A stretch of DNA of 64,000 nt from an uncultured delta proteobacterium (GTDB lineage Bacteria > Desulfobacterota > Binatia > UBA9968), in NCBI GenBank assembly GCA_963771465.1, contig CAVYTU010000014.1, positions 32,001 to 96,000 of the forward strand, written 5' to 3'. Each line of letters starts with the position of its first letter. Position 1 is the stretch's first letter. Position numbers and translations under genes: made by a program. The notes beneath the pieces are model-generated. The model saw only the letters and a program-made list of their open reading frames with translations. It was not told the origin of the DNA and searched no databases. Positions 1-9,687 of the stretch are shown here, in pieces.

Positions 1-984
1 AAAGTCGTCGCCGGCGGCCCGCCGACCGCGGTGCTGCGCAAACAGTTTAAGGAAACCTTCGAGAGCCGCTTCGGCATCGAGCTGGAGTTGCTCTCGGCGC
101 CGGGACCGCAGAATGCGCAGCGGGCGATCGCCGAATTCAAAGCCGGGGTAAAACATTTCGATGTGCTGCATGGCGGCTCGGGCACGTTGGAGCCGCTGCG
201 CAACGAGAACATGCTGGCGCCGTTCATGGATCAGTTGATCCTCGCCGAGGTGCGCGATCCCAAGCAATGGTGGGGCGGCCACATGTGGGAGGATAACGTC
301 AAAACCAACCGCTTCATCTATTCATTCTCCGCCGACTTCTCGGTGCCGCCGTTTTACAACTCCGATTTGGTCAAGCCCGGCGAGATCAGTTCCTACGACG
401 ATCTATTGCAGCCGAAATGGAAAGGCAAGATCGGCATGTTCGAGCCGCGCGTGCCGAGCGCCGGCCAGGGGCTGTGGGGATATTTGATGCGCGCCAAAGG
501 CAAGGAATACTTACAAAAGCTCGCTGAGCAAAATCTTTACATCCACCGCGACGGACAGCAGCTCGCGGTGGGCCTGGCCAAGGGCAATCTCGCGGTGGCG
601 CTGGCGCTCTCGCAACGCTTCGTCGATCCCTACATCAAAGGCGGTCTGCCGATAAAAGTGCTCACGTCGGTCAAGGAAGGCATGGGCGGCAGCAATGGCT
701 TCGGCACCGTGGCGGTCATGGCGAATGCGCCGCATCCCAACGCGACCCGAGTCTACATCAACTGGCTGCTTGGGAAAGAAGGCCAAGAACTCTACGGCCG
801 CGCGCTGACCCAAGGCAGCCGCCGTTTCGACGTCGACACCAAATGGCTGGCGCGCTACAACACGCCGGCTGCCAAAGACGTCACCACGCCCGAAGAGTTC
901 GAGAAAGTCCGCTTTTACGGCGAAGACGTGGTCAAGAACTGGCGCGAGCCGGCCGGCGAGTTCGCGCGCAAGATTCTAAAATAG
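1..984 (+). CDS. Extracellular solute-binding protein (class II, AfuA/thiamine-binding-like); 5' end lies outside the window
   Basis: Frame open from base 1; motifs DLLQPKWKGKI and APHPNATRVYINWLLGKEGQ typical of SBP_bac_6/8. Confidence 0.8.
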   Translation, partial: KVVAGGPPTAVLRKQFKETFESRFGIELELLSAPGPQNAQRAIAEFKAGVKHFDVLHGGSGTLEPLRNENMLAPFMDQLILAEVRDPKQWWGGHMWEDNVKTNRFIYSFSADFSVPPFYNSDLVKPGEISSYDDLLQPKWKGKIGMFEPRVPSAGQGLWGYLMRAKGKEYLQKLAEQNLYIHRDGQQLAVGLAKGNLAVALALSQRFVDPYIKGGLPIKVLTSVKEGMGGSNGFGTVAVMANAPHPNATRVYINWLLGKEGQELYGRALTQGSRRFDVDTKWLARYNTPAAKDVTTPEEFEKVRFYGEDVVKNWREPAGEFARKILK

Positions 985-1025
985 ACGACCGCCTCAACGG
1001 TTAAGTGGTCGTCAGCGGTAGAATA

Positions 1026-2021
1026 ATGCCTCTTAAATCGATTTCCCTTTGCCTCGTAGTCCTCGGCCTCGCATCTTTTGCAACAGCGCAAGACAAGAAA
1101 CTGCCGTCCATCACCGTCGGCTACTCGGCGATCAGCGGCAGCTTCGCGCCGCTCTGGGCGGCGCACGATCAAGGCTTGTTCGCCAAGCATGGCGTCGATA
1201 CCAAGCTCGCTTACATCCAGGGCAATCGTGTGATGCTCTCCGCGCTCACCGCCGGCGAAATTCAACTCTATCAAGGCGGCGCCGAGGGTTTGATCCGGCT
1301 GGTCTCCGGCGGCGGCGACGGCATCTTCATCGCCACCCAATACAACACCGTGGCGCACTACGTCTTGCTCACCGATCCGAGCATCACCAAACTCGAAGAG
1401 CTGCGCGGTAAGCGCATCGCCATCGATCCGACCAGCCCGACCTACGGCTACATGCTCAAAGCGCTTGAAACCGTCGGCGTGCGCAAGGACGAAGTCCAGT
1501 TCGTCCAATTCGGCAGCGCCGGCCAACCGGAGCGCACCGCCGCGGTGCTGCGCAAACAGGCATCGGCGACAATCCTAACGGCGCCCAATACTTACGCAGC
1601 GGAGAAGCAAGGCTTGAGAAAGTTTTCCATCATCCGCGATCTCGGCATACGCCAACTGATCACGATCACCGGCACGACGAAAAAATTCATGCGCGAGAAA
1701 CGCGACGTTGCAGACGGTTTTCTGCGCGGCTATGTGGAAGGCCTGGCCTTTGTACGATCGCAAAAGGAAGCGACGATGAAAATCATCGCCAAATACACGC
1801 GCCAGCGCGATCCGGAGATCCTCATCAAGTTTTACGAAGAGATGGCACCCGACTTGCCGCGCGTGCCGTACGTCGACGAAACCTCCGCGCGCGCGACCAT
1901 CGAAGCCATGCAGGCCCAAGGGCCGCCGCTGCCCAAAGTCGATGTCAAAGGAATTTTCGATAACAGCTATCTGAAGGCGTTGGAGAATAGCGGTTTCGTC
2001 GACAAGGTTAACGCGCGATGA
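1026..2021 (+). CDS. ABC substrate-binding protein, NMT1/THI5/SsuA-like
   Basis: Signal peptide; GLFAKHGVD, LEELRGKRIAI and FDNSYL segments. Confidence 0.85.
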   Translation: MPLKSISLCLVVLGLASFATAQDKKLPSITVGYSAISGSFAPLWAAHDQGLFAKHGVDTKLAYIQGNRVMLSALTAGEIQLYQGGAEGLIRLVSGGGDGIFIATQYNTVAHYVLLTDPSITKLEELRGKRIAIDPTSPTYGYMLKALETVGVRKDEVQFVQFGSAGQPERTAAVLRKQASATILTAPNTYAAEKQGLRKFSIIRDLGIRQLITITGTTKKFMREKRDVADGFLRGYVEGLAFVRSQKEATMKIIAKYTRQRDPEILIKFYEEMAPDLPRVPYVDETSARATIEAMQAQGPPLPKVDVKGIFDNSYLKALENSGFVDKVNAR

Positions 2022-2045
2022 TTACGTCAGGACAAATTACCAAGG

Positions 2046-2125
2046 TCGAGGATGGAGGATAGAGGATCGATGATCGCAACTGAACGAACTCGAATTCTTA
2101 CCATCCTCAATCCTCCATCATCCAT
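2046..2125. repeat. Heptamer (GAGGATN) tandem repeat with an inverted copy (hairpin-forming intergenic repeat)
   Basis: gaggatg-gaggata-gaggatc-gatgatc followed by ccatcctc-aatcctc-catcatc. Confidence 0.6.
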
Positions 2126-2148
2126 AATCGACCATTAAGGAGAGCCCA

Positions 2149-2871
2149 ATGCGCTACGAACTCTACTACCAACCGTCGATCCAAGGCCGCGGCGAATTCG
2201 TCCGGCTCGCGCTCGAAGACGCCGGCGCCGACTACGTCGACATCGCGCGCGATCCCAGCGTCGGCCGCGCGGGTATAACCAAAGTTCTCGAAGATCCTAC
2301 AGTCGAGCATCCGTCATTCGCGCCGCCTTTTCTCAAAGCGGGCAAGCTCATGATCGGCCAGACGGCGAATATTTTACAATATCTCGGCCCGCGCCTGGGC
2401 TTGGCCCCCAAAGACCAAGCGAGCCGCATTTGGGCGCATCAGATGCAGCTCACGGTGACCGATTGGGTCGCGGAAGTCAGCCTGGTGCACCATCCGATCG
2501 CCAATGCGCTTTACTATGAAGAGCAAAAAGACGAAGCGAAAAAGCGCGCGTCCTATTTCACGTCGCTGCGCATCCCAAAATTTCTCAGCTATTATGAGAA
2601 AATCCTGCAAAAAAATCCGAAAGGCTCGGTATTTCTATTCGGCAGGAAGATTTGTTACGTCGACCTGTCGCTGTTTCAAATGGTCGAAGGATTGCGCTAC
2701 GCTTTTCCCAGGGCGATGACAAAGCTGGAAGCGAACTATCCGCGCGTCGTCGCGCTCCATGACAAAGTCGGCGCTCGGCCGCGACTGAAAAAATATCTCG
2801 CGTCGCCGCGCCGCTTGGCGTTCAATACCAACGGCATCTTTCGTCACTATCCGGAACTGGACGAGCAGTAG
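2149..2871 (+). CDS. Glutathione S-transferase family protein
   Basis: QGRGEFVRLALE, FAPPFLK, GQTANIL, YVDLSLFQ; AAGGAG RBS. Confidence 0.9.
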   Translation: MRYELYYQPSIQGRGEFVRLALEDAGADYVDIARDPSVGRAGITKVLEDPTVEHPSFAPPFLKAGKLMIGQTANILQYLGPRLGLAPKDQASRIWAHQMQLTVTDWVAEVSLVHHPIANALYYEEQKDEAKKRASYFTSLRIPKFLSYYEKILQKNPKGSVFLFGRKICYVDLSLFQMVEGLRYAFPRAMTKLEANYPRVVALHDKVGARPRLKKYLASPRRLAFNTNGIFRHYPELDEQ

Positions 2872-2906
2872 CGGAGATTTCAGGGAGAAATCATTGAGGT
2901 GAACTA

Positions 2907-3566
2907 ATGGCGATCGAACTCTATTGGGGCAGCGGCAGTCCGTTCGCGTGGCGCGTCATGCTCACGCTCGAAGTCAAAGGTCTGGCGTACCAATCGAAGT
3001 TACTCGAATTCTCCAAAGGCGAGCATAAGACTCGCGCCTATCTGCAACTCAATCCGCGCGGCAAAGTGCCGACTCTCAAAGACGGCGATTACGTCGTCAA
3101 CGAGTCGCTCGCGATCATGAGTTATCTCGACCGCAAATATCCCGAGCCGCAGCTCTTTGGCAAAACTCCGGAGGAAACTGGACTGATCTGGCGCTTCCTA
3201 ACGGAATGCGAGGCCTATCTTGTCAGCGCCAGCGACAAAGTCGTCCGGCCGATTTTTTTTGGCAAAGGATTGGACAAAGTCGACGAGATCCAACTTGGCG
3301 CGCAAACGGTGCGCCAAGAATTTACCCAGCTCAATGAGCGTCTCGCCGGTCACGATTGGTTAGTTGGAGAAAGCATCACCGCCGCCGACATCGGCGTATT
3401 TCCCATCATCCAGCTATTCTTGCGCGCCGCCTCGAAAGACGCGGCACAACCGTTCGATTTGGGTCTGCTGCCATTGGCGCAACATTATCCGAATCTCGCG
3501 CGTTGGACGGCGCGCATCGAAGCGCTGCCCAATTACCAACGCACCTACCCACCGCACTGGCGCTAG
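2907..3566 (+). CDS. Glutathione S-transferase family protein
   Basis: SPFAWRV, LNPRGKVPTL, ESLAI, ITAADI. Confidence 0.9.
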   Translation: MAIELYWGSGSPFAWRVMLTLEVKGLAYQSKLLEFSKGEHKTRAYLQLNPRGKVPTLKDGDYVVNESLAIMSYLDRKYPEPQLFGKTPEETGLIWRFLTECEAYLVSASDKVVRPIFFGKGLDKVDEIQLGAQTVRQEFTQLNERLAGHDWLVGESITAADIGVFPIIQLFLRAASKDAAQPFDLGLLPLAQHYPNLARWTARIEALPNYQRTYPPHWR

Positions 3567-3608
3567 CAGCCGCGATTCGCTAGTGTTTAAAAAAAGGAGG
3601 ATTGAGCC

Positions 3609-4019
3609 ATGGCGACAAAATTTTCCGGCGGCTGCTTGTGCGGCGCGGTGCGCTACGTGTGCGAAGCCGATCCCATATTTATGGGCAATTGCCACTGTCG
3701 CGATTGTCAAAAGGCGAGTGGCGGCGCGTATGATCCTGCCATCGGACTGCCGGCAGCGGCGTTAACGATCACGGGCAAAGTTAAGTATCACGATAGCAAA
3801 GCGGATAGTGGCAATACCCTGAGCCGGGGCTTTTGCCCGGAGTGCGGCGCGCGGTTGTTCGGAAAGGCCAGCGCAATGCCCGACCTTGCGCTGATTACCG
3901 CCGGCAGTCTCGACGATCCGAGCCAGTATACGCCGAACATGGATATCTTCACGGCGAGCGCCCAGCCGTGGGATCATATGAATCCGGCGCTGGCGAAATT
4001 TCCCAAGATGCCGTTGTGA
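3609..4019 (+). CDS. GFA/CENP-V family zinc protein
   Basis: GGCLCGAVRY, CHCRDCQK, FCPECG. Confidence 0.9.
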   Translation: MATKFSGGCLCGAVRYVCEADPIFMGNCHCRDCQKASGGAYDPAIGLPAAALTITGKVKYHDSKADSGNTLSRGFCPECGARLFGKASAMPDLALITAGSLDDPSQYTPNMDIFTASAQPWDHMNPALAKFPKMPL

Positions 4020-4039
4020 TCGAAATCTCCGCAACGTAA

Positions 4040-5020
4040 ATGATACGTCCGACACAATGCGCTGCCCGCGCAGCGCTCGCTTTGCTGCTTCTCCAGTTTC
4101 TCGTCGGTTCCGTTAACAGCGCGGAAAAAGCCAAGCTCACCATCGGCTACTCCACCACAGGTCCCACCGCCGTGGGTTTGTGGATGGCCAAAGAGATCGG
4201 CGCCTTCGGCAAATACGGTGTCGAACCCAGTTTCGTTTTCATCTCGTCGAGCCCGGTGATGGTGCCGGCGTTGATCGGCGGCGACGTTCAGTGCGCCATC
4301 GCCGGCGCCAACGCGGTGATCGCCGCGGCGCTCGGCGGCGCGCCGATCGTCTCGGTGGCGAGTCTGGCCAATCGTCCCTATCTCCGCTTGTGGGCGCAGC
4401 CTGAATACAATCGGATCGAAGAACTGCGCGGCAAAACCTTCGGCGTATCGCGCTTCGGCGCCACCACCGACAATCTGACGCGCATCTTACTCCGCCGCGT
4501 CGGCTTGGAAAATGCCGTCACCATCCGCCAACTCGGCGGCACCCTCGAAGTCGGCCTGGCCTTTCGCCATCGCCAGATCGACGCAGCCGTGCTTGCCACG
4601 TTGCGCACCGACGCGCCCTATCGCATGTTGCTCGAGCTCGCCGACTCCGGCATTCAATATTCCATGGGGCAGTTAGTAGTCGCGCGCGAATTCCAACGCC
4701 GCTCGCCCGATACCCTGGAAAAAATCCTGCGCGCCTACATCGAAGGCGTCGCCGCACTGCGCGATCCGAGCCAGAAAAATCGCGTGACTAAAACCATCGC
4801 TGACTTCAGCCGGCTCAAAGAAGCCAGAGCGATCGAAGAGATTTACAGCGACGCGGCGAAATACGTCGACCGCATCCCGCGCGTCGAGCCGGAAGCGGTC
4901 GCTGCCACGTTGGAGTTAATGGGCAAGAAAGGCTTGGCGATCGAAACCTTCGCCGACAATTCCATCGTCGATCGCCTGGTTCGCGAAGGATTTATCGAGC
5001 AAGTCTACAAGAAACGGTAA
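4040..5020 (+). CDS. ABC substrate-binding protein, NMT1/SsuA-like
   Basis: Signal peptide; GAFGKYGVE, ELRGKTFGVSRFGATTD. Confidence 0.85.
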   Translation: MIRPTQCAARAALALLLLQFLVGSVNSAEKAKLTIGYSTTGPTAVGLWMAKEIGAFGKYGVEPSFVFISSSPVMVPALIGGDVQCAIAGANAVIAAALGGAPIVSVASLANRPYLRLWAQPEYNRIEELRGKTFGVSRFGATTDNLTRILLRRVGLENAVTIRQLGGTLEVGLAFRHRQIDAAVLATLRTDAPYRMLLELADSGIQYSMGQLVVAREFQRRSPDTLEKILRAYIEGVAALRDPSQKNRVTKTIADFSRLKEARAIEEIYSDAAKYVDRIPRVEPEAVAATLELMGKKGLAIETFADNSIVDRLVREGFIEQVYKKR

Positions 5021-5168
5021 GTCATTCACTCGGCCAAATTACGAGAATCCTCGTCGTCATCTCACGCCGCATTGCTTTGACATCACGGCGCGCCTTCAGC
5101 TAGTCTCCATCAATAAAGAACGATCGCCTGAAATCAGTAAACCATAAGTCGCCTAAAAGGAATTACTC

Positions 5169-6320
5169 ATGGCAGAAACAATATTGCTCGACGCGGATTC
5201 TCATGTCAGTGAACCTTTGAACCTTTGGAAGGAACGCTTGCCGGCGAAGTATCGCGACATCGCGCCGCATATGGAGACCCGATACGACGGCCAACCCGGC
5301 GCATGGTGGTTCATCGAACAGGATCGCCACCCGCACAACGTAATCTTGGGTTTTGGCGCCAACAAGTCCATCGAAGAATTGCAGAAACTATTAGAAGGCT
5401 TCTCCTACGCCGGCGCGCACCGCGGCGGCTGGGATCCGGCGCAGCGGCTCAAAGACATGGATCAGGACGGCGTCGCCGGCGACGTGCTTTACACGACCCT
5501 CGGTTTTCGTATGTTTTGGATCAAAGATGCCGGCTTTCAACGCGCCTGCTTTCAAGTCTATAACGACTGGCTCGCGGAGTTCTGCGCTTATTCGCCGAAA
5601 CGGCTAAAGGGCTTGGGGCTTGTTTCGCTATACGATCCCAAGCAAGCCGCTGAAGATTTGGCGGACTGCGCCAAGAAGGGATTGGCGGGAGCGATCATCT
5701 GGGCGTCGCCGCCGGAGGAGCTGCCGTTTCACTCGGAAAGCTACGACCCTTTCTGGGCCGCAGCGCAGGAGCTTAAAATGCCGCTGAGCCTGCACGAATT
5801 CGCCGGCTTTCAATGGGTAGATTGGGATTCCAACCCCAAAAAGCGCACCGTCGCCCAGGCGATCAATTCCCACGAAGTCGAGACGACGTTCGCCACGTTG
5901 ATCTTGTCCGGTGTCCTCGAGCGATTTCCCGGCCTCAAAGTTGTCTCGGCGGAATTGAACTGCGGCTGGCTGCCATTTTTTCTATTTCGCGTCGACGAAC
6001 GCTTCGGCGCCACCGGCATCCGCTTTCGCGGCACGCCGTTTCCGACCAAGCTAAAACTCAAACCGAGCGAATATTTTCGCCGCCAACTCTACGCCACATT
6101 CATCGACGACGGCTTCGGCGTCGCTCATCGCCACGATATCGGCGTGGACAATATTCTTTGGTCTTCGGACTTCCCTCACAGCGCGACGTTCTGGCCCAAG
6201 TCGCGGGAAAAGATCGCCGCCGATTTCCAAACGGTCGACGCCGCCGATAAGCAAAAAATTCTCTGCGACAATACGGCGAAGCTATACGGCTTTGAGGTGA
6301 ATTCAGAATCGAAGCGATGA
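5169..6320 (+). CDS. Amidohydrolase family 2 metal-dependent hydrolase/decarboxylase
   Basis: DADSH metal motif, PLSLH, SGVLERFPGLK, WSSDFPH. Confidence 0.9.
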   Translation: MAETILLDADSHVSEPLNLWKERLPAKYRDIAPHMETRYDGQPGAWWFIEQDRHPHNVILGFGANKSIEELQKLLEGFSYAGAHRGGWDPAQRLKDMDQDGVAGDVLYTTLGFRMFWIKDAGFQRACFQVYNDWLAEFCAYSPKRLKGLGLVSLYDPKQAAEDLADCAKKGLAGAIIWASPPEELPFHSESYDPFWAAAQELKMPLSLHEFAGFQWVDWDSNPKKRTVAQAINSHEVETTFATLILSGVLERFPGLKVVSAELNCGWLPFFLFRVDERFGATGIRFRGTPFPTKLKLKPSEYFRRQLYATFIDDGFGVAHRHDIGVDNILWSSDFPHSATFWPKSREKIAADFQTVDAADKQKILCDNTAKLYGFEVNSESKR

Positions 6321-6468
6321 ATCCAATATTATTATTGCGACGGCCACTCCAGCCGCGCTGGGCTATAAGAATAATCGGGACTGACTTCTACCCGAACAAG
6401 CTGTTTCGTAAGCGCCGTACGCTACTCTCTGCTTAAGGAACCAACCCTGGAGGGTCAGGATTGAGCCA

Positions 6469-6795
6469 TTAATCCCCGTCGCGACTGTTCATCGCGATCT
6501 CCGTGCACATCCGCTGCTCAACTTGTTTCAACTCCCTATCGTCGGGATTAACCGGCGGGCCGTATTTATCAACGAATATCGCCCCGCAGGACTGATCAAC
6601 AAATGCGTATTGCGTGTGCACGTATCCGGGGGAATCGGATTTCTCTTCTTTAATGACGACTATGGTCCCGTTAGGTAGCCTTGACGTATCCATGCTCGCG
6701 AACGACTCGGCCATAGATCGGCTATCTGCAAACGAGCTCGAAGTTAACAATGAAATCGCCAGGAAAATAGCAACACCAAGACCTTTTATGTACAT
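6469..6795 (-). CDS. Small secreted hypothetical protein (two Cys)
   Basis: AGGAGG RBS before MYIKGLG; signal peptide ending SFA; lower-GC codon usage. Confidence 0.6.
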   Translation of the reverse strand: MYIKGLGVAIFLAISLLTSSSFADSRSMAESFASMDTSRLPNGTIVVIKEEKSDSPGYVHTQYAFVDQSCGAIFVDKYGPPVNPDDRELKQVEQRMCTEIAMNSRDGD

Positions 6796-7158
6796 AGATT
6801 TCCTCCTTTCGAATTCGACCCTCCAGGCGTTGTTCCTGGAAGATATATGGTGCAATTCGGATACCAAGTTTGTAGTCGCTGATTTTTTTGATGCTTTTTC
6901 GGCTACGCAAATCGTTTGAGCCGGCTCGGTGGGTTGGAACTCACTGACACTCTGCCTCCAGTATGAGATTTTCCATCACTTGTAGTGTCTGCCATCTGAA
7001 ACCTGGGTAGGACTCTTTGTACAGTGCAGCGTACTAGCTGAACTGGCGCGAAAAGATCGCCCGGAACTTCCCATCCGTCAGTGCCACAGAGTAACGCTAA
7101 AAGTGCCGCAAAGCAGGCTTAGGGAAGATTTCGTCTGTTGTCTGTGCCAGCAAAATAT

Positions 7159-8301
7159 CTACTTCTGTGGCAACACGTCTTTGACCAGTTTGAAGATCGG
7201 CGTCAAATCTTGGTACTCGGGCTTGGCCAGATCCAGATACTTCTTCCCATCGTCCAGACGATTGTATGGATCGACGTCGTCTTTGGGAATATCGATGCGC
7301 CGTGAGTTATGCGCGTCGGGACGGCCGAGCTTTTGTAGCGCCATCTGACCTTCGCGTGACAGCAGCCAATTGACGAGAATCTTCGCCGCGTTGGGGTGCG
7401 GCGCGCGATTGGGTATGCCGAGTGTGCCGCCGGCGGCACTCGAACTGCCGCCTTCCTTCCAATTGTCCGTGTCGAGATACCCCAGCGGCAGTTTTTGCTG
7501 GATCGCTTTTTCGACCTCGCCGCCGGCGTTGCAGCGAATACACAGCGGCAATTTTCCGGTTGAAAGCCAGTCGACCATCTGACGCGGATCGCGGCTCACG
7601 ACAATCTGCATCTCGCCGTAGAGCTTCTTGAGGAACGGCGCACCGAGCTCGGGATTATAGTAGAAAAATTGCAGCGTCGCGCCCATGCCAAAACTGGTTG
7701 GATCGAGGGACGCGATTTTGCCTTTCCACTTCGGATTGAAGAGATCCCAGAACGATTTGAATTCCGAGCGATTTGCCTGCTTGGTATTGTGGATTATTTG
7801 GCCCGACTGGGAGTTGGCGACGAAGGCGAAGATGTAGCGCTTCTCAGGATCGATATAGCGGTGCTCGCCCTCATACCATTTCGTTGCGTCCAGTACTTCC
7901 GGCAGCATCAACGCCGGCTTGATCGGCTCGAGCACCTGCGCCTTGTAGAGCGCGTCGTGTAACGTGTTGGCGCCGGAACTGACGACATCGGCAAGATATT
8001 TTTCACCGCGCCGTTCGGCGAGTATGCGCGTCGAGAGCTGATTACCAGAGGCGTGAACCGTCGCGGCTTTGATCTTGGGATACTTTCTCCTGAAGCCGTC
8101 GAGCACGCGGTCATATTCGTAGCAGCAACCATAAAGCGTTACCTGCCCCTCGGACTCGGCAGAACGCAACGTCTTATCCCACTCCGCCTGCCAATTGGAC
8201 TGCGCTGAAGAAATCTCAGCAAACAACGTCAGCAGACCAAGCAACGTCATCGACGTTAAGAACGGCATGCTCGCCCGCAGCCTAATCGCAAGAAATTTCA
8301 T
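7159..8301 (-). CDS. Extracellular solute-binding protein (class II)
   Basis: DLFNPKWKGKI, APHPNAAKILVNWLLSREGQ; paralog of 1..984. Confidence 0.85.
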   Translation of the reverse strand: MKFLAIRLRASMPFLTSMTLLGLLTLFAEISSAQSNWQAEWDKTLRSAESEGQVTLYGCCYEYDRVLDGFRRKYPKIKAATVHASGNQLSTRILAERRGEKYLADVVSSGANTLHDALYKAQVLEPIKPALMLPEVLDATKWYEGEHRYIDPEKRYIFAFVANSQSGQIIHNTKQANRSEFKSFWDLFNPKWKGKIASLDPTSFGMGATLQFFYYNPELGAPFLKKLYGEMQIVVSRDPRQMVDWLSTGKLPLCIRCNAGGEVEKAIQQKLPLGYLDTDNWKEGGSSSAAGGTLGIPNRAPHPNAAKILVNWLLSREGQMALQKLGRPDAHNSRRIDIPKDDVDPYNRLDDGKKYLDLAKPEYQDLTPIFKLVKDVLPQK

Positions 8302-8351
8302 TTGCGTCCTGAATATTGATCAGACAACTTTAGCAAAGCCGGCAACATTCC

Positions 8352-8666
8352 TCACTTGATAAACCGCTGCACCGGCATATTGCCCTGCTCAAATCGCGGG
8401 TCATAGGGCATGCCTTCACGAATCCGGGTCAGATAATTGTCGCGGTTCACGCCGAACAGCTCGTAGCGGTAGAGATGGTTGAGCAGAAATGTATGCACGC
8501 CCATCTGATAGAGTTTGCCCACTGCGCCCGCAGTCAGCGCAGCGCGCTCGTCATCGGTCAACCGGAACTCCGCGAGCACCGCTTCGGGTGCTTCCGTAAT
8601 CCGTTTGCGAAAAGCCGGATCACTGTCGGTGAGATAAAGCAGCTTGTTGACCTGATAGACACTCAT
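8352..8666 (-). CDS. LigA-like (extradiol dioxygenase alpha-subunit) small protein
   Basis: FRKRITEAPEAVLAEFRLTDDERAAL...GVHTFLL pattern; directly downstream of a LigB-like gene. Confidence 0.7.
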   Translation of the reverse strand: MSVYQVNKLLYLTDSDPAFRKRITEAPEAVLAEFRLTDDERAALTAGAVGKLYQMGVHTFLLNHLYRYELFGVNRDNYLTRIREGMPYDPRFEQGNMPVQRFIK

Positions 8667-8727
8667 CACATTCCTCAATTTTTGCGTACTTTGCGTTCTT
8701 TGCGGCTAAAATTTCTTTTCCCTGGCT

Positions 8728-9531
8728 CTATTCGAATTTCCAAACGGCGTAGCCGTTGCCTTCATCGGGCTGCAAAAACAGCGGCTTAGTTTTGCCCACA
8801 GCGCCGGCGACGGTGATCCAGTTGAGCAGCTCACCGCTGTTGTTGCCGGCGGCGTTGATGCGTTCTTCGGTGGCGCGCCGCGCCAGCGTCGGATATTGGC
8901 CGCGCGACATGAGCCGGGAAATCGTTTCCGCCCACTCGTTGTCGATCCAACCGCGCAGCGGTCCGCCGACGTCCATGGCGAAGCAGCCGCTGGCGATCAG
9001 CGCGATGCGCTCTTTACCTTCCCATGCGTCGATGAAACGGCGCACCATGCGGCCCAAAGCCAAACAACGAGTCGCCAATGGCAACGGCGAGGCGAAACCG
9101 TTGGTGTAGATCGGCACCACGGGCAGCCGCATATCGGGATTGAGAAAGTGCAGCGGCACGACCAACGAATGATCCAAACGCAGCTCGTGCGCCGCGGCGA
9201 GATCGAATTTTTCACCGACGCCGTATTTGAACAACGCCTTGGCGAGCGGCACATGGCCGCGCACGGTGTAGCGCGGCATCGGACACCAGGTTTCTTGCGG
9301 CCCTTGAGCTTCTTCGGCCATGCCGACGCAAAAAGACGGCAGATTGTTGTAGAAAAAGTTTACGAAATGATCGCTGTCGACCTCGATGATCAAGTCAGGC
9401 TCGGCTTTCTCGACTTGCTCGCGCACCTGCTTCATCAACGCTTCGCCTCTAGTTTTTCCCGGCGCTTGCTGCATCTCAAAAACCAGGCGAGGCGGATGCG
9501 GCACGCCGGCCGCCAATACCAATTTTGCCAT
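8728..9531 (-). CDS. LigB-family class III extradiol ring-cleavage dioxygenase-like protein
   Basis: GVPHPP, DSDHFVNF, LDHSLVVPL, GELLNWI. Confidence 0.8.
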   Translation of the reverse strand: MAKLVLAAGVPHPPRLVFEMQQAPGKTRGEALMKQVREQVEKAEPDLIIEVDSDHFVNFFYNNLPSFCVGMAEEAQGPQETWCPMPRYTVRGHVPLAKALFKYGVGEKFDLAAAHELRLDHSLVVPLHFLNPDMRLPVVPIYTNGFASPLPLATRCLALGRMVRRFIDAWEGKERIALIASGCFAMDVGGPLRGWIDNEWAETISRLMSRGQYPTLARRATEERINAAGNNSGELLNWITVAGAVGKTKPLFLQPDEGNGYAVWKFE

Positions 9532-9687
9532 GGGATCTCCTATCTGCGAAAGATTGGCAGAAGATTTCGTCGCCCGTCTTAGCACCCGAGGCGGGCAGGG
9601 TCAATTAGTTTTCAATGGAAAACGATCGTTACTCACGGTGCCATTGATGCAGATTCATTCGGCGCTTTCTGTTATATGGGAGGGCAT

